NCBI RefSeq assembly: GCF_020745735.1 | Contig: NW_026867458.1 | Span: forward strand, 1 to 64,000 | Direction: 5' to 3' | Length of the DNA: 64,000 nt | Source of the DNA: Hemiscyllium ocellatum | Taxonomy: Eukaryota | Part shown: positions 1-11,139 of the stretch, in pieces | Position numbering within the stretch: the stretch's first letter is position 1 | How the letters are laid out: every line of letters starts with the position of its first letter | Translations under genes and position numbers: made by a program | Notes under the pieces: generated by a model | Databases searched by the model: none | Seen by the model: only the letters and a program-made list of their open reading frames with translations | What the model was told of the DNA's origin: nothing

Positions 1-1905
1 TTAAATTCCATTTAGGTAGTAATCTGCCTTCCTGTTCTTGCCACCAAAGTGGATAACCATACATTTATTCACATTAAACTGCATCTGCCATGCATCTGAC
101 CACTCACCTAACCTGCCCAGGTCACCCTGTAATCTCCTACATCCTCCTCACATTTCACCCTGCCACCCAGCTTAGTATCATCAGCAAATTTGCTAATGTT
201 ATTACTAATACCATCTTCTATATCACTAATATACATTGTAAAAAGCTGCGGTCCCAGTACTGATCCCTGCGGTACCCCACTGGTCACTGCCTGCCATTCC
301 GAAATGGAGCCGTTTATCACTACTCTTTGTTTCCCATCAGCCAACCAACTTTCAATCCAAGTTAGTACTTTGCCCCCAATACCATGCACCCTAATTTTGC
401 TCACTAACCTCCTATGTGGGACTTTATCAAAAGCTTTCTGAAGGTCCAGGTACACTACATCTACTGGATCTCGCTTGTCCATCTTCAGAGTTACATCCTC
501 AAAAAATTCCAGAAGATTAGTCAAGCATGATTTCCCCTTCATAAATCCATGCTGACTCTGACTTATCCTGTTACTACTATCCAGATGTGTCGTAATTTCA
601 TCCTTTATAATAGACTCCAGCATCTTTCCCACCACTGAGGTCAGACTAACTGGTCTATAATTTCCTGCTTTCTCTCTCCCATCTTTCTTAAAAAGTGGTA
701 CATTAGCCACCCTCCAATCCGCAGGAACTGATTCCGAATCTATTGGACTCTGGAAAATAATCACCGACGCATCCACGATTTCTTGAGCTACCTCCTTCAG
801 TACCCTGGGATGTAGACCATCAGGCCCCAGGGACTTATCAACCTTCAGACTCTAACTGTCTCTCCAACACCAATTACTGGCAAATATAAATTCCCTTCAG
901 TTCAGGTCGTTCAGCCACTGTTACCTCAGGGAGATTGCTTGTGTCTTCCCCAGTGAACACAGATCTGAAGTACCAATTCAATTCTTCTGCCATTTCTTTG
1001 TTCCCCGTAATATATTCCCCTGTTTCTGTCATCAAGGGTCCAATTTTAGTCTTAACCATTTTTTTGCCTTTCACATACCTAAAAAAGCTTTATATTTTTG
1101 GCCAGTTTACCTTCGTACCTCATTTTTTCTCTGCGTATTTCCTTCTTAGTAATCCTCTGTTGTTCTTTAAAAGCTTCCCAGTCCTCTGTTTTCCCACTTA
1201 TCTTTGCTATGTTATACTTTTTCTCTTTTAACTTTATATGTTTCTTAACTTCCCTTGTCAGCCACGGCCTCCCATGCCTCCTCCTAGGATCTTTTTTTCC
1301 TTTTTAGAATGAACTGATCCTGTATCATCTTCATTATACACAGAAATATCTGTCATTGTTCCTCCACTGTCTTCCCTGCTAAGGTATTGCACCATTGAAC
1401 TTTGGCCAGCTCCTCCCTCATAGCTCCATAGTTCCCTTTATTCAACTGAAATATTGTCACTTCCGATTGTACCCTCTCCCTCTTAAATTGCAGATTGAAT
1501 CTTATTGTATTATGGTCACTACTTCCCAATGGCTCCTTCACTGCGAGGTCCCTGATCAATTCTGGTTCGTTGCACAATACCAGATCCAGAATTGCCTTCT
1601 CCCTGGTCGGCTCCAGCACCAGCTGTTCTAAAAATCCATCTTGGAGGCACTTCACAAAGTCTCTTTCTTGAGGTCCAATACCATCCTGATTCTCCCAGTC
1701 TACCTGCATGTTGAAATCCCCCATAACAACTTTGCAACAGGCCAATTTCAGCTCCTGATTCAACTTACATCCGACATCCAGATTACTGTTTGGGGGCCTG
1801 TAGATAACTTCCAAGAGGATCTTTTTACCCTTAGAATTTCTCAGCTCTATCCATTGACTCTACACCCCCTGATTCTAGGTCCCCCCGCACAAGGGACTGA
1901 ATATA
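1..1905 (-). mobile_element. CR1-clade LINE ORF2 fragment (endonuclease + reverse transcriptase), disrupted
   Basis: ORF 1353-1814 has APE endonuclease motifs (YRPPNS, VVMGDFN, ILDLVLCN, SDHN). ORF 108-776 has CR1 RT motifs (NYRPVSLTSVVGK, KSCLTNLLEFFE, GVPQGSVLGP, KFADDTKLGG). Frames are broken. Confidence 0.95.
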
Positions 1906-1924
1906 TTAAAAATAAATAAAACAA

Positions 1925-2490
1925 TAATTCGGCCACCTTTTGAGTATTGTGTGCTGTTTTGATCACCACATAAAAAGGAGGATGTGGAGGCTTTGGACAG
2001 CGTGAAAACAGGTTTACCAGGATGTTGCCTGGATTTGGAGAGGTTGGAAAGACTTGGATTTTTGTCAGGGGTCTTACAGCTTTATATTCAGTCTCCTGAC
2101 AAAAGAAGGCAAGTATGCTATACAGATCCTTCACCACTTTCAGGGAGCTGTGAACTTGCCGCTGAAGTTCCGTGTGTACATCAATGCTGCTGAGAGCCCT
2201 TCGGTTTCGTGAATACATTCCTCTTGCAATGAGTCTCCCAAAATACATCACCTCACACTTGTCTGGATTAAAATCTGTCTCCGTATGGGTTTTCCAACTG
2301 ATCTCTTTCTTGCTGTATCCTTTGACAACATTCTTCATGATTCACTTCATCAATTTGTGCCATCTAGAAACTTGCTAATTAAATTGTTTACATTTCCATG
2401 CTAATCATTAATATATTTAACAGACAATAGATGTCCCAGTTCTGATCCTTGTGGAACAACACTGTCCACAGACCTCCAGCCAGCAACATG
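1925..2490 (-). mobile_element. Degraded CR1 RT C-terminal fragment with an internally inverted segment
   Basis: KCEVMYFGR-like motif in the minus ORF; the 1930-2060 part reads as CR1 on the + strand. Confidence 0.7.
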
Positions 2491-2769
2491 CTGTAGAAGG
2501 AACATATTTCATTTAGTCAGTCAGTCGGAAAGCATTGCAGGTATTGGTGTGGCACTGGATGTACAAGATATTCACAATCCTGGTAAAAACACCCTGGAAT
2601 AGGTGTTCAGTTCTGTGTACCCTACCTGGGGACTCCCCCAGACCCAAATATAAAACAGGAAACATTATCTCCTGCTGTGGAAAGACAACCTGAACACAGA
2701 GCAGATTTACTTTAATGATAATTTAACCCCTGAAGACAAATAACTAGGATAAGTTAAGCAAGTACAAAA

Positions 2770-3830
2770 AAAATGCATTATGGCACAGAAAGGGTCCCAT
2801 CAAATCCAAGCTGGCTCTCTGTGCAGAATCCCATATTCTCATTGTCCATCTGTCCCCAAAACCCTGCAAGTTTATTTCCCTCTGATGTGATATAATTGTA
2901 TTCTTTAATCATTGACCATCTCTACTTTCACCACTATTACAGGCAGCATGTTCTGCATATTTCCAGCCAATACAGTCAGTGGGAACACTTGCTCATCTCC
3001 CACTTTCTCAAAACGTTACAGCTGATCTTAAATCTTGTGCCATCCCCAATCGAATACAGTTTTTTAAAATTGTCTGTTCTATCTAGATCTGTTGTAATCT
3101 TATCCATTTTAATCGATAAAAATATATTCAACTTGATTTCTTCAAAGAAAAAGCAATTTTTCTAAATCAATCCAGAGACTGCATTTTCTTCATCAGTGAA
3201 CCACTCCACTAAGTCTATACTCCACACTCTGAAGATCCCTCATATCCTTCCTGACCAGGAATCTGTTGACCAGAATTGAATATAATGATTGACTGTAACC
3301 TAACCAGTCCAAGAAATTATTTCCATGAGTTTGTTCTCATTCCCTTTATTAATGAAGCCCAGGGTCCCATATGTTTTGATCAAAACTCATTGATTATGTC
3401 CTCTCCCCTTTAAAGGTTTGTACACATTGTCCCCCAATCCCTCAGTCTTTATTCTTTGTGTCTGTGCCATTCAAATATATACTCCCTTTCTACATTCCTT
3501 CTCTCAAAATGCAACAACTTACTGTGTGTTCTAAATAAAAATTAACGCTTGCTCCACACATTCTATCCCCTGGAAAACAGAACAGGACAGCACCAGAATA
3601 ATCGGCCCACCATGTGTGTGCGGACCATGGTGCCATTCCAAACTAATTCCATCTGCCTGTACATCATCCATATCCCTGCCAACCCATGCCTGCTTATGTG
3701 AGTGTCCAAATATCTCTTAAATGTTGTGATTGTTTCTGCTTTTGACACCTCCCAGGAGAGTGCATTCTGGTCATCTCCCACCTTTTGCATAAGAAAATTG
3801 CCTGACACAACTCCCTTTAAACGTTCACAT
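2770..3830 (-). mobile_element. Decayed CR1 3' end/tail fragments
   Basis: Reverse-complement similarity to the 3' regions of the better-preserved CR1 copies in this window (e.g. 13600-13920). Confidence 0.5.
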
Positions 3831-4015
3831 GTTGGAAATGCTCAGCAGGTCTTGCAGCATCTGTGAAGAAAAAAATACGTGAATGTTTCGGGTCCATCCT
3901 CAGAAACATGAACTCTGATTTCTCTTCACAGACGCTGCCATACCTGCTCAGCATTTCCAGAAACTTCTGTTTTTGTTTCTGATTTACATCATCTGCTGTT
4001 CTTTCGGTTTTTATT
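3830..4015. mobile_element. Short Penelope-terminal-repeat-like inverted pair (degenerate)
   Basis: ctggaaatgctcagcagg...gcagcatctgtgaag is mirrored by cttcacagacgctgcc...cctgctcagcatttccag. Confidence 0.55.
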
Positions 4016-4019
4016 TTCT

Positions 4020-4690
4020 TTAAACTTGCCCCCTCTCCCCTTAACTGTATGGCCTCTAGAATTTGTCATTTCCACCTTGGAAAAGATTCAGATTATTCAC
4101 TCTATCTGTGCCTGTCGGTCACCCAGCAGCCACCGACTTTCCCAAGACATCAATTCAAGTTTTTCCAACCTCTCTCAATCCAGGCAATATCCTGCTAAAC
4201 CTGTTTTTACCCTCTCCAAAACCTCCACATCCTCCTTATAATGCGGTGATCAAAACGGCACAAAGGTGGCCTAACTACAGTTTTATATTCAGTCTCCTCA
4301 CAAGCCTGCCATCCACCTCCTTCACCACTTTCAGGGAGCTGTGAACTTGCACCTGAAGATCTCTCTCTCTATCAAAGTTGCTTAGGGCCCTTCCATTTAG
4401 TGTATACATTCCTCTTACAATGAGCCTCCCAAAATGCATCACCTCACACTTGTCTGAATTAAAATCTATCCGCATAACTTTCCAACTGATCTCGTCCTTG
4501 ATGTTTCCTTTAACAACATTCTTCACGATTCACAACTTCCTCACTTTGTGCCATCTACAAACTTGCTAATTAAATTGTTTACACTTTCAGGCTAATCATT
4601 GATATATTTTGCAAACAACAGATGTCCCAGTTCTGCTCCTTGTGGAACAGAGGTACTGGCCACAGCCCTCCAGCCAGCAACATGCCCCTG
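4020..4690 (-). mobile_element. Degraded CR1 RT C-terminal fragment, paralog of 1925-2490
   Basis: ORF 4275-4526 contains DKCEVMHFGR; shares long stretches with 2100-2490 and ends at the same ctccagccagcaacatg. Confidence 0.75.
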
Positions 4691-4696
4691 CACAGC

Positions 4697-7600
4697 TGTT
4701 GCTGGGAGAAATATCGAAGAGGAGCCTTGAGTTCTGTGTTGAGCAGCACGACCAATGTTTATTCAGAGCTCCTTACTAATGCATGATGGGAGAGTTCCCT
4801 CTCTGGAACGCTGTGGCTCCCCCAGCCAAGTCCAGCATTTTGATGTATTTCCTTCATACGTTCCAGGAATATTTTCCCCCTGACCCGATCCCCTGGGTTC
4901 AGGATGTCAGCTGGGATGTTTATGAGCTCCCTTTCCCAATTTCTGATTCTCTATCCTTCTGCAAATTCCCCTCTCAGCTCATGCAGTTGCTTTGCCAGTT
5001 CTTTCACAAACTCTATCCTTGTCATTGCACATCTCCAGCCCTCCCACTACCACACCCTCTGGCAGCTGCATAGTCCGTCCAGTCACTAATTCAAAGGGGA
5101 ACTGCCCCGTTCCCTTTGCTGGGGTTGACCTCAGTTTCATTAGGTTGGTGGGGAGTACTCTAACCCATCCCTGCCTGTCTCTGTCAGGGCCTGAATCAGA
5201 CTAACTATCAGTATCTGCTTCATTCCTTCTGCTGTCCCTGAGCTCTGGGGATGGTATGGGGGATGGGATTTCTGTTCAGTACCAAACAGGGCACAGAGCT
5301 GTTTAACTACGTTCCCTGTAACATGTGTCCCTTGGTCAGAATCTGCAGGGGAATGCTTCCACCCACTGAGTAAACCTGCTTATTAAGACCCAGCAGGATT
5401 TCTTGCCCTGGTATTGGGATGGGGGGATGTGTAAAATCCATCTGTAATTGTTCCCATGGGCCCCTGGGTCCCTGCTGCTGCCTCCATTTTGTCCTGATTG
5501 CTTTCCCTGGCTCACATTGTGCACAGACTATACCCCTTCGACAAAACCTTGCTGTATCTCTCCCTGTTCCAGGCCACCCCTGTAGTGGGTCATCTGATAT
5601 TGCATTGTATCCTGCCCAAGATGTAATAATGTTTGTCTTATACAGTGTGGTGGCACTGCTGGATCATCCAGACTCTGTCTTGTCCCATTACTGCGCCCCC
5701 CCCCCCCTTTTTCCTATTCCTCTTTCTCCTGTTGTGGGGCTATTTCTGGGAATGTCTCCAACTTTCCTTTCTCGCTTCTGTAGCGACTGCCACATCCCCA
5801 AATGTCTGCACTGTTTCAGTCAGTATTTCACCTGCCTTACTCACATACTCACTGTCCCATTGTTGTGCAGTTTCTACTTTCCTGTGAGCTCTAATCTTCA
5901 TTATTGCTGCTTCACTGGGAAAGTTAGCTGCTTCCACTAACTCTCTGACCTGTTCCTCATGCTCGATGTGGCCCCCAGACAGGGTGATGTTCCGTCACCG
6001 AGCCCAGGCCAACACATGGTCATGAACAATAGGCATGCTGACTGTCTGTGCATATGCTGACTCCCTGACCCCTGGCTAATGTCAGTGCTTGTGTCAGGGC
6101 TTGTGATGGTTCTACTATTTCTGGATAATTCTCCACAAAAGTCCTCCAATAATTAAACAATCCTAAAGTTTACCTTAACCCCTTCATGGTGTGTGCGCAT
6201 GGATAGTTTTAAAATCATGGTCTTTCATTCTGCTGGGACTCTCCCCTCTCCCTTCCTGATTTGATCTCCCTGATATGATGTCCCAGGTACGTCTCTCCCT
6301 ACCTTCCCAGTTGCACTCTCTGTGGCTTAATTTTAAGTCCGTCCTGGCTGACCTGACCCAATAGTCTGTTTAATATCCAGATATGTTCCTTCTCACTGAC
6401 TGAGGTAATGAGGTGTTGGTAAGATCAATGTGACTAACTCCATCAGCTATACATTGATGGGATATACTGGAATATTGTGGGATCCTTGAGGTAACTGGAT
6501 CCAGGTGTACTGTTTTCCTTCAACAGTAAACACCAGCTTATTCTGGCATTCTGGGTACACAGGTATGGATTGGAACCCATTCACAATATCAAGAGCTGAG
6601 ACTGCATCCTGTTGTGATTTCAATACATTAAATATCGCGGCGAGGTTGGCTATTGTAGGTTATTCTTTCGTGACAGATTTATTCAGGGAGGTATATCCAA
6701 CAGTGAGGTGGGATGAGCCATCCGGATTCCGTAAATTAGTCTGGGATACTATCAGTCTGACTATTCCCTGCTTCTCTCAATCTGTCACTGTCATATTTAC
6801 TGCCTCAGCCCCGGCTTTAATGGGATCCTGTTTGTGTGGGGAGTGAGAGGGCCCTCTATCTTTACAGGACCGACAGATAATTACGCACATTCCTGTTTGA
6901 GTTACCCACACCACTGAGAGGGTCCTAACTATAACTCCCCAGATTCCCTGACGTCCCAGTCTCCCTGCAATGCAACTACTCTGTCGCCTCTCCTTTCCTT
7001 CCTATCTCAGCCCTGACCAGAGCGTCCCCATGTTATATTTCGGGTCCCAACATCAATAATTGCTTCTAACTGTTCTAAAATGGCAACTCCCAGAAGTGGT
7101 CCCTTCCTCAGTTTCACACTCCCATATCTGAATACATTTTGTCATATCCGTGATCTGCATCAGGACAGGTTCGCTTCATCTAGCTTCCTCGGTTCCCCCT
7201 CCGACTGCTCTCTTTTTATAGTTGTGGGGATTAGGGGTAAATCCATATCCGTAACTGATGTGGATGCTCCTGTATTAACATCATGTGCTGTTGGTCCCAA
7301 ACAGCACATCAAGAAACGTTCCTGGGCTATGCATGTGCAGACGTGAACACAGGCCACACACAATGTGAACATCTATCTTCCTCTCTCTGCCTACGTTCCT
7401 TGGCTATGTCCCCTTTCCTGCTTCCCTTGTAACATTGTGGGTCTGGTTACCCTCCCTGTATTAGGGTCCCATGTCATCTTTAAAATACATCAAACCTATT
7501 TCATCATCACAGATTGGGGTTTGGTAATCACCCATGGTCCTTACACACCTCAGACTTCCTCTCTGTATGATCCTCAATATTACCCTTGGGTCCCTGAGTC

Positions 7601-8250
7601 ACCAAGGTTATTTTAGCCCATTCAGCCTGTCACCTCCCCAGTGTGTCCCTGTAATATCTGTAAATGCCTGGAGGCAATGATCGGCTGTGCACTTTGGGGA
7701 ACTAGCTCACATCGCCACCCTCTCATTGCAGGAACAGGTTCTGCTGTACACGTCAGGGCATCTTAGCCTGAAAGATCTTGGCCTGACATCATCTTTGGTG
7801 AGACTGTGTACCTCAACTAATTCATCCATATTCTCCCAATAAGGCCCATTATTCCCATTTCTCCATTAGGCTGGGTGGTCATTCACCAACATCTGTCATT
7901 CAGACGGGTAAACGGTTCAGGTTTAGTTCCTGTCAGTTCCCTTTGTTGCTCCCTACTGTCTGTCCAAGTTTGAGCTTTGATGCCTAGTGGTGCCAGAGAC
8001 ACTGCCTCCTGGGCCTTACAGAGCAGTGGGTCATCCCACCCATTGCCGACCCTCTGACCATACATGGGCGCTTTGTCGTCTAACCTGTTCCAGTCAGTGT
8101 CACCGTCCTCACTGCCTTCTGAGGAGAGCGGGGCACTAGGTACCTCCCCCACTGTAACTACCATCTGGCCCTTTGGCTTTAAGGCCTCACGTCTGAGAGG
8201 CACCACCTTCACTTGTTCCTGTTTCCCAGAATAATGTAACATTCCGTCAT
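4697..8250 (-). mobile_element. Decayed endogenous retrovirus (gag-like, pro, RT, RNase H, integrase, partial 3' LTR); no env seen
   Basis: Minus-strand manual translation: protease-like NTGASTSV (~7250); RT SALDIVNGFQSIPV...GKQYTWIQLPQG and YLGHHI (6200-6870); RNase H ALTQALTLARGQGVSICTDS...AIMKIRAH (5850-6100); integrase CAQC, QMDFT, WVEAFP, DQGTH, YHPQSSG, PFELVTGR (4900-5530). AATAAA at 4758-4763 and a terminal CA at 4697. Many stops, frameshifts and deletions. The gag assignment rests on position only. Confidence 0.9.
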
Positions 8251-10074
8251 TCCTGGAATAACACAGAACAAGATGTGAATTTGGTTTGACTTGAAACATT
8301 AATAATTTGACATTCACTTTACATATCTATAGAGGTGAGAATTGTACTGTGATTATTTAAGTGAATTTAATGTAATCATACAATGGAAATAACCCTGATA
8401 ATCAATGACAATGAATGAACTGAATAATATGTGATTATTTGTACCAGTTCTTGCATTGAAGATTCAACATCATTTTAATGTTTGTCACCCATTACACCAT
8501 GGGCATTATTATTAGGGAATAAAGTAATGGGAGGATATCAGAGAAAATAAATAGATTTTAATTTTAGCTTCACTGCAATAATGAACCAAAGCAATATTTT
8601 GAAATATGGTTGAACTACATAACAATGTTTCCAGTGTCATTATTGACTTGAGAACTATTTTAGTTTGCAAATTTCTTTGCACTAAGAATAATTGGAAATG
8701 AATTATGATTATGAACTGACCATTTAAAAAATATTTTAAAGAGAATAACCAGGTATATTTTTTGGAGTAAATTAGGAATGGAAATAAATATGTATACATT
8801 GGTATTAATAGTTTTAAAATGTTTGGAAGTTGACTGATATTATTTGATTGAGAGAGGCTGCATGATTATAAAGACTAATTCGCCTTTTTCGTTGCATTGT
8901 TGGTTTCACTAGAATCTGTTGTGGTCTGAGCTCTTGTTGTGTGCAATGGACTGTCACTGATAGCTTAATTAACCTACGAGTCTCAGTTCAGGTTTCCTTT
9001 GTCTGTAAGTCAGTCTGTAAGTGAGCGACACACCTGCCTTTCTGAGGGGAAACAGAGATTCTTTTCAAAGGAAATAAGTGGCAGTTCTCAGTGAGAATGG
9101 TTTCTCCCACACACCATCAACAGGGAAGGGTTTTTCCAAAGAATTCCAATCTCTATCTATAAATCTGATGGTATCTGTGTTTGTCAGTTTGTGGAGGATT
9201 CGGCCCCTTTGTTCTGAGCTGTTTTTATACAAGCAGTTGGTTCATTATGTCTTTGCCAAGAATGTTGTTTACTTTCCCCTTTTACTGTGATTCTGCGGGT
9301 TAGAATATTCTGTGAGTCAATAATGGTCACTAACTGAACATTGAGTGATTTTGACTCTAACAGAGCACTGGCCTTGTTTGCAGCTAATTATTCACTTTTT
9401 TTTATTTCCTGGTTGTGTTGAATGTTACAGAAACAGGCTCTGAGCAATGTTTCCATTCACTTGTGTTGGAGTCACTGACAGCCACGTGGTCAGTTAGCTT
9501 CAAGCTGATGGATCAGTTTCTCTGTCCTATTAGATGGTGGTCACTTGCTCAGTTTCCGATGGCTCACCTCAGTGTCAGTCCATCAGCTGCTGAAACCCTG
9601 TATCCAGCATTTGTTCCCTCTCACCATGACGAATCCAATACAGTCCCAGCTTGTCTTCCACATTCTACCTCCATATTCTCATGATCCCCTCAGATTCTAT
9701 TCACTGTGTCCTTGCAGCAAGTTGTGGAAGACACCTATTTCAGTTTTAACCTGATCTATATTATGTTCATGAAGAAAATTTCAAAATTTGGTTCACTGCT
9801 TTTAAACCTACCCGTGCCTTCACCCTGTCCTCCCTGCGTAGTTCCACACCTCCCTGAGGGATCTGCACTTATCCAATTCCAGCTGCTTGACAGGTTCTTA
9901 TTTTATTCTCCTCCCTGTTGGTGTCTGTAGTTTCAGCTGCCTTGAACCTAAACTTGGTAATTCTCTTCCCCCATTCCCTTCAATTCTCCTCCATTCTACA
10001 GCCTCTCCTTCATTTCTACCTGTTTGATCAAGGTTTTTGTTTCCACCATTAAAACTGTCCCTTTGTAGCTCAGT

Positions 10075-10390
10075 AACTGTCCCGTGGTATCATTGCTGAA
10101 CTGTTCATCCAGAGCTCCAGGTAATATTCTGGGGACCCTGATTCGAATCCCATCACGACAGATGTGGAATTTGAATTCAATACAAATCTAGAATTATAAG
10201 CCTATTGATGAAATTATTCTTAATTGTCAGGAAAAACCCATCAGAGTCGCTGATGCCCTTTAGGGAAGGAAGCTGCCATCCTTACTTGATCTGGCCTACA
10301 TGTGACTCCTGACCCACACCAATGTGGTTGGCTCTTACCTGCCCTCTGGGTAATAAATGCTGCCCATAGCCAGTGGCACCTACATCCCAG
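10075..10390 (+). mobile_element. tRNA-derived SINE-like element
   Basis: B-box-like gattcgaatccc near the 5' end; 3' tail aataaatgctgcccatagccagtggcacctacatcccagtgaatgaa; a related copy lies reversed at ~38590-38960. Confidence 0.6.
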
Positions 10391-10394
10391 TGAA

Positions 10395-10835
10395 TGAATT
10401 TTAAACAAAGCGCTCAGTCCTTGGATCATGTGGGAAAGAAGCAGAAGGTGACCATTCGGCCCCTCGAGCCTGTTCCATCGTTCAATAAGACCAGGCCTGA
10501 TCTGTTTGTGATTTGTATTCCATCTCCCCCCAACATCCCTGAACAAGAATCTATCAACCTGTGTCTTAAAATACTCAGTGAGCCCACCTTCTGGGGCAGA
10601 GAGTTCCAAAGTTGCACTGCCCTCTGATTGGAAACAACTCTCCTCATCTCTGTCCTGAGAGGGTGAACACAATTTTAAAGCAGTTCCCTCTCGTTCAGGA
10701 ATGGCCCACAAGAGGAAACTTCCTTTCCACATCCTCCTTATCAAACCATTCAGGATCTTAGACACTTCAGTGACGTCACCCCTCACTCTCCCAAACTCCA
10801 GCTGAAACAAACCCAGCCTGTCCAACCGATCCACA
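10395..10835 (-). mobile_element. CR1 3' fragment
   Basis: Minus ORF begins RLDRLGLFQLEFGRVRGDVTEVSKI, matching the CR1 ORF2 C-terminus, followed by the 3' UTR. Confidence 0.8.
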
Positions 10836-11139
10836 TTTTATTTCTGTCACGCCGGGTGTGATTGGGATGAAATGTTATGTTTATTATGCAGTAAATGTGT
10901 TGCTTCACTCTGCGGTGTCTGAGAGTCAACATGAGCCATCCTCGCATTCCTGTCTCACTGTTGTACATATATCTTACATCACTGTCGTGTTTCCACCTCC
11001 CTCCCTCCCTCCCTCCCTCCAACCAAAAAAGGAGAGAGATCGAGAAAATCTGTTAGAAAATTGGTTGTCACCTAAATGGTACTGAGTCTGATTGTAGAGA
11101 TTGCATTGTAATTGTAGTAACCAGTTAATAAAAATTTAC

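Noticed and set aside
10845-11030. TGT-starting segment resembling a solo LTR
   Set aside because: No matching second LTR, terminal CA, TSD, PBS or PPT identified.
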